Of a DNA stretch of 64,000 nt, positions 9,613 through 18,143 are shown in pieces. A program made the translations under genes and the position numbers. The stretch lies in the IMG/VR virus record IMGVR_UViG_3300029203_000004; one strand, given 5' to 3'. Every line of letters begins with the position of its first letter. The first letter of the stretch is position 1. This DNA comes from a virus. The notes under the pieces are model-generated. The model saw only the letters and a list, made by a program, of their open reading frames with translations, had not been told where the DNA came from and made no database searches.

Positions 9613-9981
9613 ATGAAACACCTGCAAGAACTTGGAGTGAATACAGGTAACGCATCAATGACTTGGATGTTATATCCTTATGAGGAAGGGAAACAACCAC
9701 AATTATCTTTACGAGAGTGGAAAACTTTCAAGGAACCGTTCAGAAAAGAACATTGTATTCCTGCATTTACTTTTCTTGACATCTTGGAACTGTTACCAAA
9801 AGAGATAAAAACAGGAACGGATACTTATTGGATTACAATGTACTTTAGTGACAATTGTTGGCATATATGTTATTCCATGTCTGACGAGTTTGATTATTAT
9901 CAAGAATTTTTATCTTGCTCATTAATAGATGCAGCTTATGAAATGCTATGTTGGTGCGTTGAGGAAAGATTAATATCATAA
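9613..9981 (+). CDS. Hypothetical protein, paralogue of 10825..11091
   Basis: MKHLQELGV...IDAAYEMLCWCVEE mirrors KQMKHLQELGL...IDAAYDMLCWCIEN in the other ORF. ATG at 9613 preferred over the start overlapping int. Confidence 0.55.
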   Translation: MKHLQELGVNTGNASMTWMLYPYEEGKQPQLSLREWKTFKEPFRKEHCIPAFTFLDILELLPKEIKTGTDTYWITMYFSDNCWHICYSMSDEFDYYQEFLSCSLIDAAYEMLCWCVEERLIS

Positions 9982-10223
9982 AGATAAAACGGAATTAATT
10001 AAAAACGAATTAGAAATGAATGATGGAGTTCACTTTGACCAAAATGGTAACGAGGTAATCGTAATCAATGGATTTGAATATTCACGAGAAGAATTTGATT
10101 CCCTTGTGAATATATGTGGAGATTGCAATATATAATAACAAGAAAGTAATGAGTAAAACAACAATTTATTACCTATTCCTAGTAGTAATGTATATGCTGC
10201 TAGGATAGGTGGAAAGGAGAGAT

Positions 10224-10616
10224 ATGAAACATACAGTAGAAGATGCAGCGAAGGAAGCGGCAGAAGATTGTTATGAATGCCAATACGATAATAGCTTAGA
10301 AATGAGGTTGGTTAAAGAGGCATTCAGACAAGGTGCCGAATGGCAGTCAAAGCAATCGCCTTGGATAAGTGTAAAGGAACGGTTGCCAGAGCCTAACAAG
10401 ATTGTCCTTTGCAGAATGGTATCAAATGGAGCGATTGTTAGTGGCTATATCGTTGTTTCATCCGGGAGATCGCCATACGTTGCGACAGACGGAGGATTTG
10501 AATTTGAGGATTGGAACGACTACGAGTGTGACATGTGGATGCCCATTCCTTCTTTCGATGATATACTCGAAGCCAACAAGGATGTGCTGGAACGGATTAA
10601 ACAGAAAGGAGATTGA
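10224..10616 (+). CDS. DUF551-like phage protein
   Basis: WISVKERLPEPNKIVLC...W.P motif typical of DUF551. The N-terminus (AA..AE...GAEWQ) is shared with 30940..31158. Confidence 0.55.
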   Translation: MKHTVEDAAKEAAEDCYECQYDNSLEMRLVKEAFRQGAEWQSKQSPWISVKERLPEPNKIVLCRMVSNGAIVSGYIVVSSGRSPYVATDGGFEFEDWNDYECDMWMPIPSFDDILEANKDVLERIKQKGD

Positions 10617-10621
10617 ACGGT

Positions 10622-10828
10622 ATGAAAGTCAAGAACGGAATAATAATAGACGGAGTGCTACATGAATTGCGAGTTGGAATATGTGATGAGTGCTCATTAC
10701 AAAATGAGTGCGATGATAGTTCAGAAATCATTTGCGATATAGCTTACGAAAACCAAAACATGGACCAGTGCTTTGTCAGTCGTGGGAAAATAACAGATAT
10801 TAAGATAGATAAGGAGGAAAAGAAATGA
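10622..10828 (+). CDS. Small Cys-rich protein, paralogue of 30728..30943
   Basis: MKVKNGIIIDGVLHE...C..C......FVSRGKITDIKIDKEEKK versus MEIKNGIIIDGVLHE...FVNRGKVTDIKTEEEKK. The same ATGA junction to the next ORF occurs in both copies. Confidence 0.6.
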   Translation: MKVKNGIIIDGVLHELRVGICDECSLQNECDDSSEIICDIAYENQNMDQCFVSRGKITDIKIDKEEKK

Positions 10829-11091
10829 AACAGGTATTGTCATTCAAGCAAATGAAGCATTTACAAGAACTTGGATTATACCATATCTACACCTTGCAGG
10901 ATATTCTCGATAAGCTGCCTTGCTTTATTGGCAATCAAGTGCTTACCATCCAAAAACTTGCGGATAGCTATACGTGCTTGTATATGGAATCTTATAAGAT
11001 TACAGAGAGTAAAGAACTCATTGATGCAGCATACGATATGTTGTGCTGGTGCATTGAAAACGGATATGTTAAAGTTGGGAAGAAGGAATAA
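10825..11091 (+). CDS. Hypothetical protein, paralogue of 9613..9981
   Basis: 88-aa ORF; shared motifs listed under 9613..9981. Confidence 0.55.
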   Translation: MKQVLSFKQMKHLQELGLYHIYTLQDILDKLPCFIGNQVLTIQKLADSYTCLYMESYKITESKELIDAAYDMLCWCIENGYVKVGKKE

Positions 11092-11093
11092 CA

Positions 11094-11252
11094 ATGAAAG
11101 CAAGAATAAAAAGAAAAATACAAAAAAGACCATTCCTATACAATGTAGGACAAGTTTTTAAGGCTTGTGATTGGCTTACTGAAATTCAGCGTGGAAATAT
11201 AGTTTGGCATCGGTATCATTCATTCGGTACTATTACTAAGCGTTATGTTTAA
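11094..11252 (+). CDS. Small basic ORF (52 aa, below the ORF-track cutoff)
   Basis: ATG at 11094 (MKARIKRKIQKRPF...) through TAA at 11250-11252. It fills an otherwise empty 177-bp gap, and its first codons (MKAR[IV]K) repeat those of the next gene. Confidence 0.3.
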   Translation: MKARIKRKIQKRPFLYNVGQVFKACDWLTEIQRGNIVWHRYHSFGTITKRYV

Positions 11253-11267
11253 ATAAATGATTAAACA

Positions 11268-11546
11268 ATGAAAGCAAGAGTAAAATTAACAGGAGAAATT
11301 GTAAATATCAAGGATTTATATGATGATGGCACTGCATTGGTGAATGATAAATATTTAAAAATATCAGAACTTGATTTCTTTAGTGAAACTATCGACTGGG
11401 AACAGCGTAGATACGAATTGGCAAAAGAAATCGTTAATGTGGTTATAGCAAACGATATTGGTGTTTGTTCTGATGTAGCTGCTAAATATTCGGTTAATTG
11501 TGCTAATGCCATAATTAAAAGATTAAAGGAGGTGAATAATGAATAG
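11268..11546 (+). CDS. Hypothetical protein
   Basis: 92-aa ATG ORF in the gene train. Confidence 0.5.
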   Translation: MKARVKLTGEIVNIKDLYDDGTALVNDKYLKISELDFFSETIDWEQRRYELAKEIVNVVIANDIGVCSDVAAKYSVNCANAIIKRLKEVNNE

Positions 11547-11745
11547 CGTACAGACACAAACACTTTCCATTAAAGGAGATGGAGGTGGCGAAGCGTATAT
11601 TGACTTTTGCGATGGACAATTATGTGTTTCTGTTGTCATAGAAGGAAAACAGGCGGATTTTCACTTTGAACCTGTCACTCTAGGAATGTTTGCCCATGCT
11701 TACAAGCTGCATTGTGAAGAGTGTGAAAAGAAGAAAGGAGAATAA
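11539..11745 (+). CDS. Hypothetical protein
   Basis: 68-aa ORF overlapping the previous stop by 8 nt. Confidence 0.45.
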   Translation: MNSVQTQTLSIKGDGGGEAYIDFCDGQLCVSVVIEGKQADFHFEPVTLGMFAHAYKLHCEECEKKKGE

Positions 11746-11747
11746 CC

Positions 11748-12092
11748 ATGAAAGTGTTAAGAGATAAAACTCCTGTCGCTCGTAAAGAGCACAGGTGCAA
11801 TTTTTGCGGTGGAGTAATTTCCATTGGAGAAAAATACAACAGACAGACCAATGTTTATGACGGTCGTGTTTATGACTGGGTATCCCACTGTGAATGTTCC
11901 GAGTTAGCCTGTGAACTTAATATGTTTGATGATTGCGATGAAGGACTTGACGATGATGGATTTATTGATAGACTTGATCAGTATGTTTACGACAATCATT
12001 ATGACGATAAAATAGATGATATTGCGAAGGATTGGCAATTACCACGTTATGAATTAGTAAAGAAAGTATTGAATGAATTAAACAAGAAATAG
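11748..12092 (+). CDS. Zinc-ribbon plus highly acidic small protein
   Basis: HRCNFCGG...HCEC at the N-terminus, followed by an Asp-rich tail (DDCDEGLDDDGFIDRLDQYVYDNHYDDKIDD). Confidence 0.5.
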   Translation: MKVLRDKTPVARKEHRCNFCGGVISIGEKYNRQTNVYDGRVYDWVSHCECSELACELNMFDDCDEGLDDDGFIDRLDQYVYDNHYDDKIDDIAKDWQLPRYELVKKVLNELNKK

Positions 12093-12094
12093 TT

Positions 12095-12388
12095 ATGACC
12101 GAAGAACTTGTGACATTGGAAACAGCAAAGTTGCTGAAAGAGAAAGGGATGTTTATAGATATAGAATTTCCTCCACAATCCGTTGCCCAAAAGTGGCTAC
12201 GTGAAACTAAGAACATTCATATATGTATATACAACTGTGCCTGTGGTTATGGATACGAAATATCTAAAGCTGACAATGGAACTCATATAGCTAGTTCTGC
12301 TTATAAAGAAACAAATGACGGAGAAAAATGGGATACCTATGAGGAAGCACTGGAAGCTGGTTTACAGGAAGCATTAAAACTTATATAA
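12095..12388 (+). CDS. Hypothetical protein
   Basis: 97-aa ATG ORF, 2 nt after the previous stop. Confidence 0.5.
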   Translation: MTEELVTLETAKLLKEKGMFIDIEFPPQSVAQKWLRETKNIHICIYNCACGYGYEISKADNGTHIASSAYKETNDGEKWDTYEEALEAGLQEALKLI

Positions 12389-12399
12389 AATGACGAAAA

Positions 12400-12609
12400 A
12401 TGAAAAGAATAGTTACTGTCCAAGATATGATTGACGAACTAATGTTAGTTGTCAATAAGGATGCTGAAATAAATATCGTAATGAATACAGGAGATTATCA
12501 AACTGAATACATTCCTGATCTATATGATTTTTCTGTCATTGATTTTACTGATGTACATCCTGATGATGGAAACTCGGAAAATAAAGTGGTAATAGAAATG
12601 TTTCGTTAA
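12400..12609 (+). CDS. Hypothetical protein
   Basis: 69-aa ATG ORF in the gene train. Confidence 0.45.
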   Translation: MKRIVTVQDMIDELMLVVNKDAEINIVMNTGDYQTEYIPDLYDFSVIDFTDVHPDDGNSENKVVIEMFR

Positions 12610-12643
12610 AAGAGAAATAAATAACACTCAAAACATAAAAGAA

Positions 12644-13126
12644 ATGAATACAACTTTTGAAAGATCGTCTAATAGTACCGATGAATGGTACACACCGAAA
12701 GAAATTATAGACGCATTGGGTGAATTTGACCTTGATCCATGTGCTCCCATGCACCCTCTTTGGCCTACTGCAAAAATCATGTACAACAAGCAGGACAATG
12801 GTCTTATACAAAATTGGGGAGGGCGAATTTGGCTTAACCCTCCGTACTCCAAACCGCTTATGTGGCAGTTTGTAGAGAAATTGGCAGAACCCGGCAACGG
12901 TATAGCACTACTTTTTAACCGATGTGACAGCAATAAGTTTCAAGACATCATCTTCAAGAAAGCAACCGGTATGATGTTTTTGAGGAATCGAATAAAATTC
13001 TTCCGTCCAGACGGAACTCGTGGGGATTCTCCTGGCTGTGGCAGTATTCTCATCGCTTTTGGTGAGGATAATGCAGAAATATTGAGAACCTGCGATATTG
13101 CAGGAAAGTACGTTAGAATCAATTAG
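12644..13126 (+). CDS. dam: Phage Dam-type DNA N6-adenine methyltransferase
   Basis: DEWYTPKEIIDALGEFDLDPCA followed by IWLNPPYS (NPPY catalytic motif), as in the small phage N6A methylase family. Confidence 0.85.
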   Translation: MNTTFERSSNSTDEWYTPKEIIDALGEFDLDPCAPMHPLWPTAKIMYNKQDNGLIQNWGGRIWLNPPYSKPLMWQFVEKLAEPGNGIALLFNRCDSNKFQDIIFKKATGMMFLRNRIKFFRPDGTRGDSPGCGSILIAFGEDNAEILRTCDIAGKYVRIN

Positions 13127-13137
13127 AATGACAAAAA

Positions 13138-13458
13138 ATGAATAAGGAAGAATTTTTAAGCAAAAGATACGCCATTGATTTAAAGCTAAAAGAATTGAAT
13201 GGAGAAAAGGAACAGTTGGAAAAGGAATACATTGAATCCAACCAAGTATTCCCTATTGGAAGCAAAGTCTGTATAACGGTCATGGCTCATGAAAGGATAT
13301 TAGTTCCCGAAGCGAAGAAGTTAGCCTATATTGCAGATTATGATATTGATGATAACGGAGAGGTTGTACCCTCTTTAAGACAGTTGGATTGCAATGGGGG
13401 CATGTCAGCAATACCTTTATTTGTTAATTTAAAGAAGGCTATAATTAAATTGGTATGA
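13138..13458 (+). CDS. Hypothetical protein
   Basis: 106-aa ATG ORF; coiled-coil-like N-terminus. Confidence 0.5.
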   Translation: MNKEEFLSKRYAIDLKLKELNGEKEQLEKEYIESNQVFPIGSKVCITVMAHERILVPEAKKLAYIADYDIDDNGEVVPSLRQLDCNGGMSAIPLFVNLKKAIIKLV

Positions 13459-14360
13459 AAGAAATAATAGATGAACAAATGGTTATGGATGAAAAAGAAC
13501 AATTAGCCATTACTAGAATACAAAAATTCAGTAAGATAGCTAAAACAATGGGGTTGGAAGTACATTTGGGTTTTTCGGGAGGAAAAGATAGTCAGGTATG
13601 TTATGACCTTTGTAAACGTGCCGGGATACCGTTCAAAGCCTTTTTCAACCATGCCTTTGAAAGTAATATTACATTAAGGTTCATAAAAGAAAACTATCCC
13701 GATGTAATATGGAGGCGTGATTATAAATTCGGGTTTATACAAAATATATGGAAAAACCACAAATCCATCCTTCCTACTGTACAAATAGCTTATTGTTGCA
13801 AGGATTATAAGCACAACCCTAAATATGTGGATGCGTGCAGTATTACGGGAGTAAGGAAAGCTGAAAGTAGGAGTAGAAGTGCTAGGACGGCATTTGAAGC
13901 GAAAAACAAAACGACTTTAAAGAAAAACAAAGAATTGTTTGATTCCTATTTTGAAGAACATTGTCAGTCTATTGGTGCTACTTCCATCATACAATTAAAG
14001 CCTATTATAGATTGGACGGATAAGGATGTATGGGATTATATCCATAAATATTCATTACCTATAAATCCCGAATATGATTATTGCAAAAGAGTTGGATGTA
14101 TTGTTTGCCCGAAAGCAAATTTAAATAGTAATTACATAGGACTTATAAAATATCCAAAACTTATTGACGCCTTTATTTCTGCAAGAGAAATGAGGAATGA
14201 CGTTGATTGGTTTATTAATATTGATGAAACTGATTATTCCAATGATAAATGTTATTATATATGTCGGTGGTTAAATCATTCCTTCATGCCGTTCACAAAG
14301 AAGCAGGAAGAAAGGTATAAACAGGTAAGAGAAATATATGATAAATTACATAACAAATAA
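13455..14360 (+). CDS. PAPS-reductase-like PP-loop protein
   Basis: HLGFSGGKDSQV is the SGGKDS PP-loop. The size and Cys-rich C-terminal half are typical of phage phosphoadenosine-phosphosulfate-reductase-family proteins. Confidence 0.8.
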   Translation: MKEIIDEQMVMDEKEQLAITRIQKFSKIAKTMGLEVHLGFSGGKDSQVCYDLCKRAGIPFKAFFNHAFESNITLRFIKENYPDVIWRRDYKFGFIQNIWKNHKSILPTVQIAYCCKDYKHNPKYVDACSITGVRKAESRSRSARTAFEAKNKTTLKKNKELFDSYFEEHCQSIGATSIIQLKPIIDWTDKDVWDYIHKYSLPINPEYDYCKRVGCIVCPKANLNSNYIGLIKYPKLIDAFISAREMRNDVDWFINIDETDYSNDKCYYICRWLNHSFMPFTKKQEERYKQVREIYDKLHNK

Positions 14361-14362
14361 TT

Positions 14363-14788
14363 ATGGCTATTATAGGAATTGACTTTGACGGAACAGTCGT
14401 GACACACGACTTTCCTAAAATCGGCAAGGACATAGGTGCCGTGCCTGTATTGAAAAAATTGGTTGAAAACGGACACAAACTTATCTTGTTTACCATGAGA
14501 AGTGATATTGATGAGGTGACTTCCGATGATTACAACATACACAAACAGGGAGGAAAGTATCTATCGGAAGCCGTAAAATGGTTTATGAACAACAACGTTC
14601 CCCTGTTCGGTATAAACGAGAATCCTGAACAGCACGCATGGACCACATCACCCAAACCTTATTGTCACATATATATTGACGATGCGGCATTGGGATGTCC
14701 ATTGAAATATGATGTAAACCTGTCAAACAGACCGTTTGTTGATTGGATGGAAGTAGAAAACACTCTTATAAAAAGAAAACTTATATGA
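14363..14788 (+). CDS. HAD-superfamily-like hydrolase
   Basis: IGIDFDGTVV (DxDGT nucleophile motif) at the N-terminus and IYIDD near the C-terminus. Confidence 0.55.
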   Translation: MAIIGIDFDGTVVTHDFPKIGKDIGAVPVLKKLVENGHKLILFTMRSDIDEVTSDDYNIHKQGGKYLSEAVKWFMNNNVPLFGINENPEQHAWTTSPKPYCHIYIDDAALGCPLKYDVNLSNRPFVDWMEVENTLIKRKLI

Positions 14789-15012
14789 ATAATTTTAGAT
14801 TATATATCGCCCGTGATGAAGGCATAAAGAAAGAAGGGGAATTGAACCTGTTCTATGACACCCCGCAACTTCTGTTTGATGTAGAAAACTGGACATCATA
14901 CTGGGGAAATGCCCGAAAGATAGCACAGATTCCATCATACATGTATCCGCAAGTCAAGGATAAAGAGTGTTATGTTTTCAAAAATCTTGAATTATACCAA
15001 AGTTTTAACTGA
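14785..15012 (+). CDS. Hypothetical protein
   Basis: ATG at 14785 forms an ATGA overlap with the previous stop; last gene of the + strand module. Confidence 0.5.
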   Translation: MNNFRLYIARDEGIKKEGELNLFYDTPQLLFDVENWTSYWGNARKIAQIPSYMYPQVKDKECYVFKNLELYQSFN

Positions 15013-15022
15013 TAAAAGAGAG

Positions 15023-15041
15023 GATAGGGAATTTCCCTATC
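15023..15041. terminator. Bidirectional hairpin between convergent modules
   Basis: GATAGGGA-att-TCCCTATC perfect 8-bp stem followed by a T-rich run (cttctctttt), 11 nt after the stop at 15012. Confidence 0.5.
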
Positions 15042-15201
15042 TTCTCTTTTCGTATTTTCTTTTCATTTTTCTTCTCTCCACCCGTGACATACCTATGCTT
15101 TGAGCAATACCGAACAGGATTTCCTTTTCCGAATCGTTAAGCATATCATACACTTCTTCTTTGCTCTTTCCGCTAATCATAGCCATAAAAATCTTTTTCA
15201 T
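15037..15201 (-). CDS. Small ORF (54 aa, below the ORF-track cutoff)
   Basis: ATG (15199-15201) MKKIFMAMISGKSKEEVYDMLNDSEKEILFGIAQSIGMSRVERRKMKRKYEKRR, TAG at 15037-15039. It sits 6 nt downstream of the previous minus-strand gene. Confidence 0.35.
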   Translation of the reverse strand: MKKIFMAMISGKSKEEVYDMLNDSEKEILFGIAQSIGMSRVERRKMKRKYEKRR

Positions 15202-15207
15202 AGTGAT

Positions 15208-15618
15208 TTATTTTAGTTTTTTCTTACAACAATCGCAAATCTCGTCTTTTATAGGCTTTGTAAATAAAGCACCTACATATCCTGCAAGGTATCCGGCTTC
15301 TTCTGATGAAGGCTTTATGCCATAATGATCAATTATATGACCAATCATGTGCTGTTTTTCATGCTCCAGTGTATTCATAAATTCTTCATCAGACGTACTG
15401 TGACTGATAATAATTACAGTGCACTTATTGTTTGAATACGTTACACCGTAATTGTATTTTTCAGTCTTTATCTTATCCGTTATCCTGTTCAGCAAATGAA
15501 AAGGACAGCCAATATATTCCAGTCTGTATATCGCTCTTAAATAAGAGTATTTATCCACAGAATAGAATACATCAACCGTCCAATCATATTCCTCAATGTA
15601 TAGTCTTTGTCGTACCAT
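15208..15618 (-). CDS. Small HExxH-motif protein, similar in layout to 48152..48556
   Basis: LEHEKQHMIGH then EEAGYLAGYVG. ATG at 15618 avoids overlap with the upstream gene. Confidence 0.55.
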   Translation of the reverse strand: MVRQRLYIEEYDWTVDVFYSVDKYSYLRAIYRLEYIGCPFHLLNRITDKIKTEKYNYGVTYSNNKCTVIIISHSTSDEEFMNTLEHEKQHMIGHIIDHYGIKPSSEEAGYLAGYVGALFTKPIKDEICDCCKKKLK

Positions 15619-15623
15619 AGCAA

Positions 15624-16031
15624 TCAGATATAATCCTCCCAAGAGAAAGGTGTTCCACAGGCTATACACTTTGCATAATACTCGTCAAGAGCACGGGTAG
15701 GGCTTCCGTCAACATCGTCAAGATAGTCTTTTACAAACATACAGGCATATTGCTCATTGACTATGGATGAACCCATATAGTCGGCACGTACCATATTCAA
15801 TACATAAACCTTGTTGTATTCCACATCATTCTTCAACTCAACATTGAATTGCTTCATCAATGCTTCTACTTGATCTTTGTCATACGGGTGTATTTTGTTT
15901 CCGTTCCTGTCTTTCATTTTGGAAACGGCATATTCACATAATTTCTTAGAGAAGTTCCATCCGTGTTCCGCAAGATATTTTTCCATTCCCGAAGGAAGTT
16001 TCTCATATACATCTAATCTCGTTCTTTCCAT
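15624..16031 (-). CDS. Hypothetical protein
   Basis: ATG at 16031 (MERTRLDVYEKL) lies just downstream of the terminator at 16053-16077. The longer track start would run into that hairpin. Confidence 0.55.
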   Translation of the reverse strand: MERTRLDVYEKLPSGMEKYLAEHGWNFSKKLCEYAVSKMKDRNGNKIHPYDKDQVEALMKQFNVELKNDVEYNKVYVLNMVRADYMGSSIVNEQYACMFVKDYLDDVDGSPTRALDEYYAKCIACGTPFSWEDYI

Positions 16032-16052
16032 AGCTTTTGTTTTTAAAAAGAT

Positions 16053-16077
16053 AGCCCGTAGCAAACCACTACGGGCT
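16053..16077 (-). terminator. Rho-independent terminator
   Basis: AGCCCGTA-gcaaaccac-TACGGGCT 8-bp stem, followed on the minus strand by atCTTTTTaaaaa, downstream of 16091..16339. Confidence 0.5.
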
Positions 16078-16090
16078 TAAACCAATTTAA

Positions 16091-16339
16091 TTAGCGTCTA
16101 CGTCTGGCGTAAGGACCAGTACCTTTGACTCCGCGTCTTTCTCCGTACTCATCATCATCATCCCACATTCTTTCGCCATAACCGCCTCCACTTCGTCCGC
16201 CACGTCCGCCACGTTCACCATAGCGATCTTCCATTTCTTCCATAGCGTCACGATAACCTTCTTTATACGCTTTTTCTAATTCCCGGTCCATATCTTCACC
16301 TTCAAAGCTACGGCCCATTCCATATACTTTCCAACCCAT
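16091..16339 (-). CDS. Low-complexity RGG / acidic small protein
   Basis: 82-aa ORF: GERGGRGGRSGGGYGERMWDDDDEYGERRG...ARRRR. Confidence 0.5.
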   Translation of the reverse strand: MGWKVYGMGRSFEGEDMDRELEKAYKEGYRDAMEEMEDRYGERGGRGGRSGGGYGERMWDDDDEYGERRGVKGTGPYARRRR

Positions 16340-16344
16340 AGTGT

Positions 16345-16893
16345 TTATTTTTTATTGTTGTTATTATTATTGTTTACATGTTGCACATCAGGCAATTTGA
16401 TACCAGAAGCAGCAAGTTGTGCAAGTATATCCTTTATCTGTGACAATTCACCTTTAAGTTCCTTCATCTCCTTGTCCTGCTGTGCCTTTTCGGCAAATGC
16501 AGGATTCAATGCTGTAAGCATCTCATCGCAGCTTTTGATTACTTTCTGATGGTATTCCACAGATTCCACAACCCTTACACTACTTATTTTCATTGCTTCT
16601 ATCTCTGCATTGATGGCATCCTTGCTTTCCGATACAACCACATTCCCGCCTACTTGGGAAAAGTCTGCTATACTAAGATTGGCTGGCAACTTTTGAAAAT
16701 CAAGAGTATCATCTCCAACCTTAACTTTCACATCCACAACCATTTCATTTTGCGGAAGAGGATATGCTGTATATCCGTTCTGATATTTAGGAACAGGATT
16801 TGAAACACTTACCACAGTGCCCACATCACATCTTGGGTTTTCCCCTTTATGCAATATGAAAAACTGCTGTCCTTGTCGTATTGATTGAAACAT
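16345..16893 (-). CDS. Hypothetical protein
   Basis: 182-aa ORF; coiled-coil C-terminal third and an Asn7 tail. Confidence 0.6.
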   Translation of the reverse strand: MFQSIRQGQQFFILHKGENPRCDVGTVVSVSNPVPKYQNGYTAYPLPQNEMVVDVKVKVGDDTLDFQKLPANLSIADFSQVGGNVVVSESKDAINAEIEAMKISSVRVVESVEYHQKVIKSCDEMLTALNPAFAEKAQQDKEMKELKGELSQIKDILAQLAASGIKLPDVQHVNNNNNNNKK

Positions 16894-16914
16894 ACTTATT
16901 CTAACTTTTTAATA

Positions 16915-17364
16915 TCATTTTACAGTGCTTCTAGCCTGTGCGGCAGTAGCAGGTGCAACGATATGGTTAACTACTTGAAATATCCCATTACATTTGTCGT
17001 AATAGACAAAGTATTTATTCCCCTGTGAAATTTCACTAGACGGAATCTGATCCCCAGAACCGTTTACCAAAGGAACCTTGCTTGTGGATGTTGATGTGGT
17101 ATTTGTCAATGTAGTGGCTACAGAAACAAGATACGCATCAGACCCAGCAGCAGGAACATGATTTACGCTTAAAAGCAAAATACCTTGATTTGGCAATCGT
17201 CTGAACAGACACGGGTTAATACCATAGATAACCTCTGAATTTGTCGTATCTGTCGTTACAGAAGATGTCCTAACAAACGGTATTCCTCCAAAGTCAAGTC
17301 TATGTACGCCTTTAAAACGGTTAGCGTTATATCCCATCATATAAGGATTAAAAAAATAACTCAT
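16915..17364 (-). CDS. Hypothetical protein
   Basis: 149-aa ORF, Thr/Ser-rich centre, first gene of this minus-strand run. Confidence 0.6.
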   Translation of the reverse strand: MSYFFNPYMMGYNANRFKGVHRLDFGGIPFVRTSSVTTDTTNSEVIYGINPCLFRRLPNQGILLLSVNHVPAAGSDAYLVSVATTLTNTTSTSTSKVPLVNGSGDQIPSSEISQGNKYFVYYDKCNGIFQVVNHIVAPATAAQARSTVK

Positions 17365-17391
17365 AACTTTTCCCTTTCTTTAAAATTTTAC

Positions 17392-17399
17392 TATTTTTG
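17392..17399 (+). promoter_or_regulatory. -7 promoter box (TAttTTTG)
   Basis: Exact TAnnTTTG match in the divergent gap upstream of the HNH gene. Confidence 0.35.
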
Positions 17400-17494
17400 C
17401 ATCGGGATAGATAGGAGTGATCAGCCTATTGAAAAGGGTTCGCTAACGCCCTTCCCTCTTTTTTCTATGTTAGCATCACTAAAACTAGTTAGCA

Positions 17495-18136
17495 ATGACA
17501 AACGAAGAATTTATTAAGAGCATCTCCTTGGAAGGAGAAATTTGGAAGGACGTAATCGGATATGAAGAAACATATATGGTTTCTTCATATGGTAGAGTTG
17601 TGTTTAAAGAACGTTTTAGAGATAATGGCAATGGTGGATACGTTATGCCACCAAAGCTATGTCATTTAATGGAAACGAAATTTGGATACTTACAAGCTCG
17701 CCTATATAAAGATAATAAAGAGAAAAAATGCTATGTTCATAGATTAGTTGCATCTGCACATATATCTAACCCTAATAATTATCCCATAATAGACCATATT
17801 GATACCAACAGGAAAAACAACAAAGTATCTAATTTAAGATGGTGTAATTCCTCTATGAATGCTCTAAATCCAATAACAAGAAAAAGAAACTCTTTATCTA
17901 AAATTGGAAATAGAAAAATTATTCTAGCAAACAGTAAATCTGTTGTTCGTATCAATCCAAGTAATCCTAATGATATTAAGATTTATGAATCACCCACTTT
18001 TGCTAAGAAAACAGAAGGATATAACCAAGGTCATATTTCCGCTGTATGTTTAGGTAAAAGAAAGTATCATAAAGGATATAAATGGATGTACCTATCCGAT
18101 TACGAAGCCCAATTCAATAAGTCAAAGAACTCTTAA
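17495..18136 (+). CDS. Free-standing HNH homing endonuclease (NUMOD4 + HNH_3 + NUMOD1-like)
   Basis: EIWKDVIGYEETYMVSSYGRV (NUMOD4); HRLVASAHISNP...IDHIDTNRKNNKVSNLRW (HNH_3); C-terminal IKIYESPTFAKKTEGYNQGHISAVCLGKRKYHKGYKW (NUMOD1-like). Confidence 0.85.
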   Translation: MTNEEFIKSISLEGEIWKDVIGYEETYMVSSYGRVVFKERFRDNGNGGYVMPPKLCHLMETKFGYLQARLYKDNKEKKCYVHRLVASAHISNPNNYPIIDHIDTNRKNNKVSNLRWCNSSMNALNPITRKRNSLSKIGNRKIILANSKSVVRINPSNPNDIKIYESPTFAKKTEGYNQGHISAVCLGKRKYHKGYKWMYLSDYEAQFNKSKNS

Positions 18137-18143
18137 CTAAACT

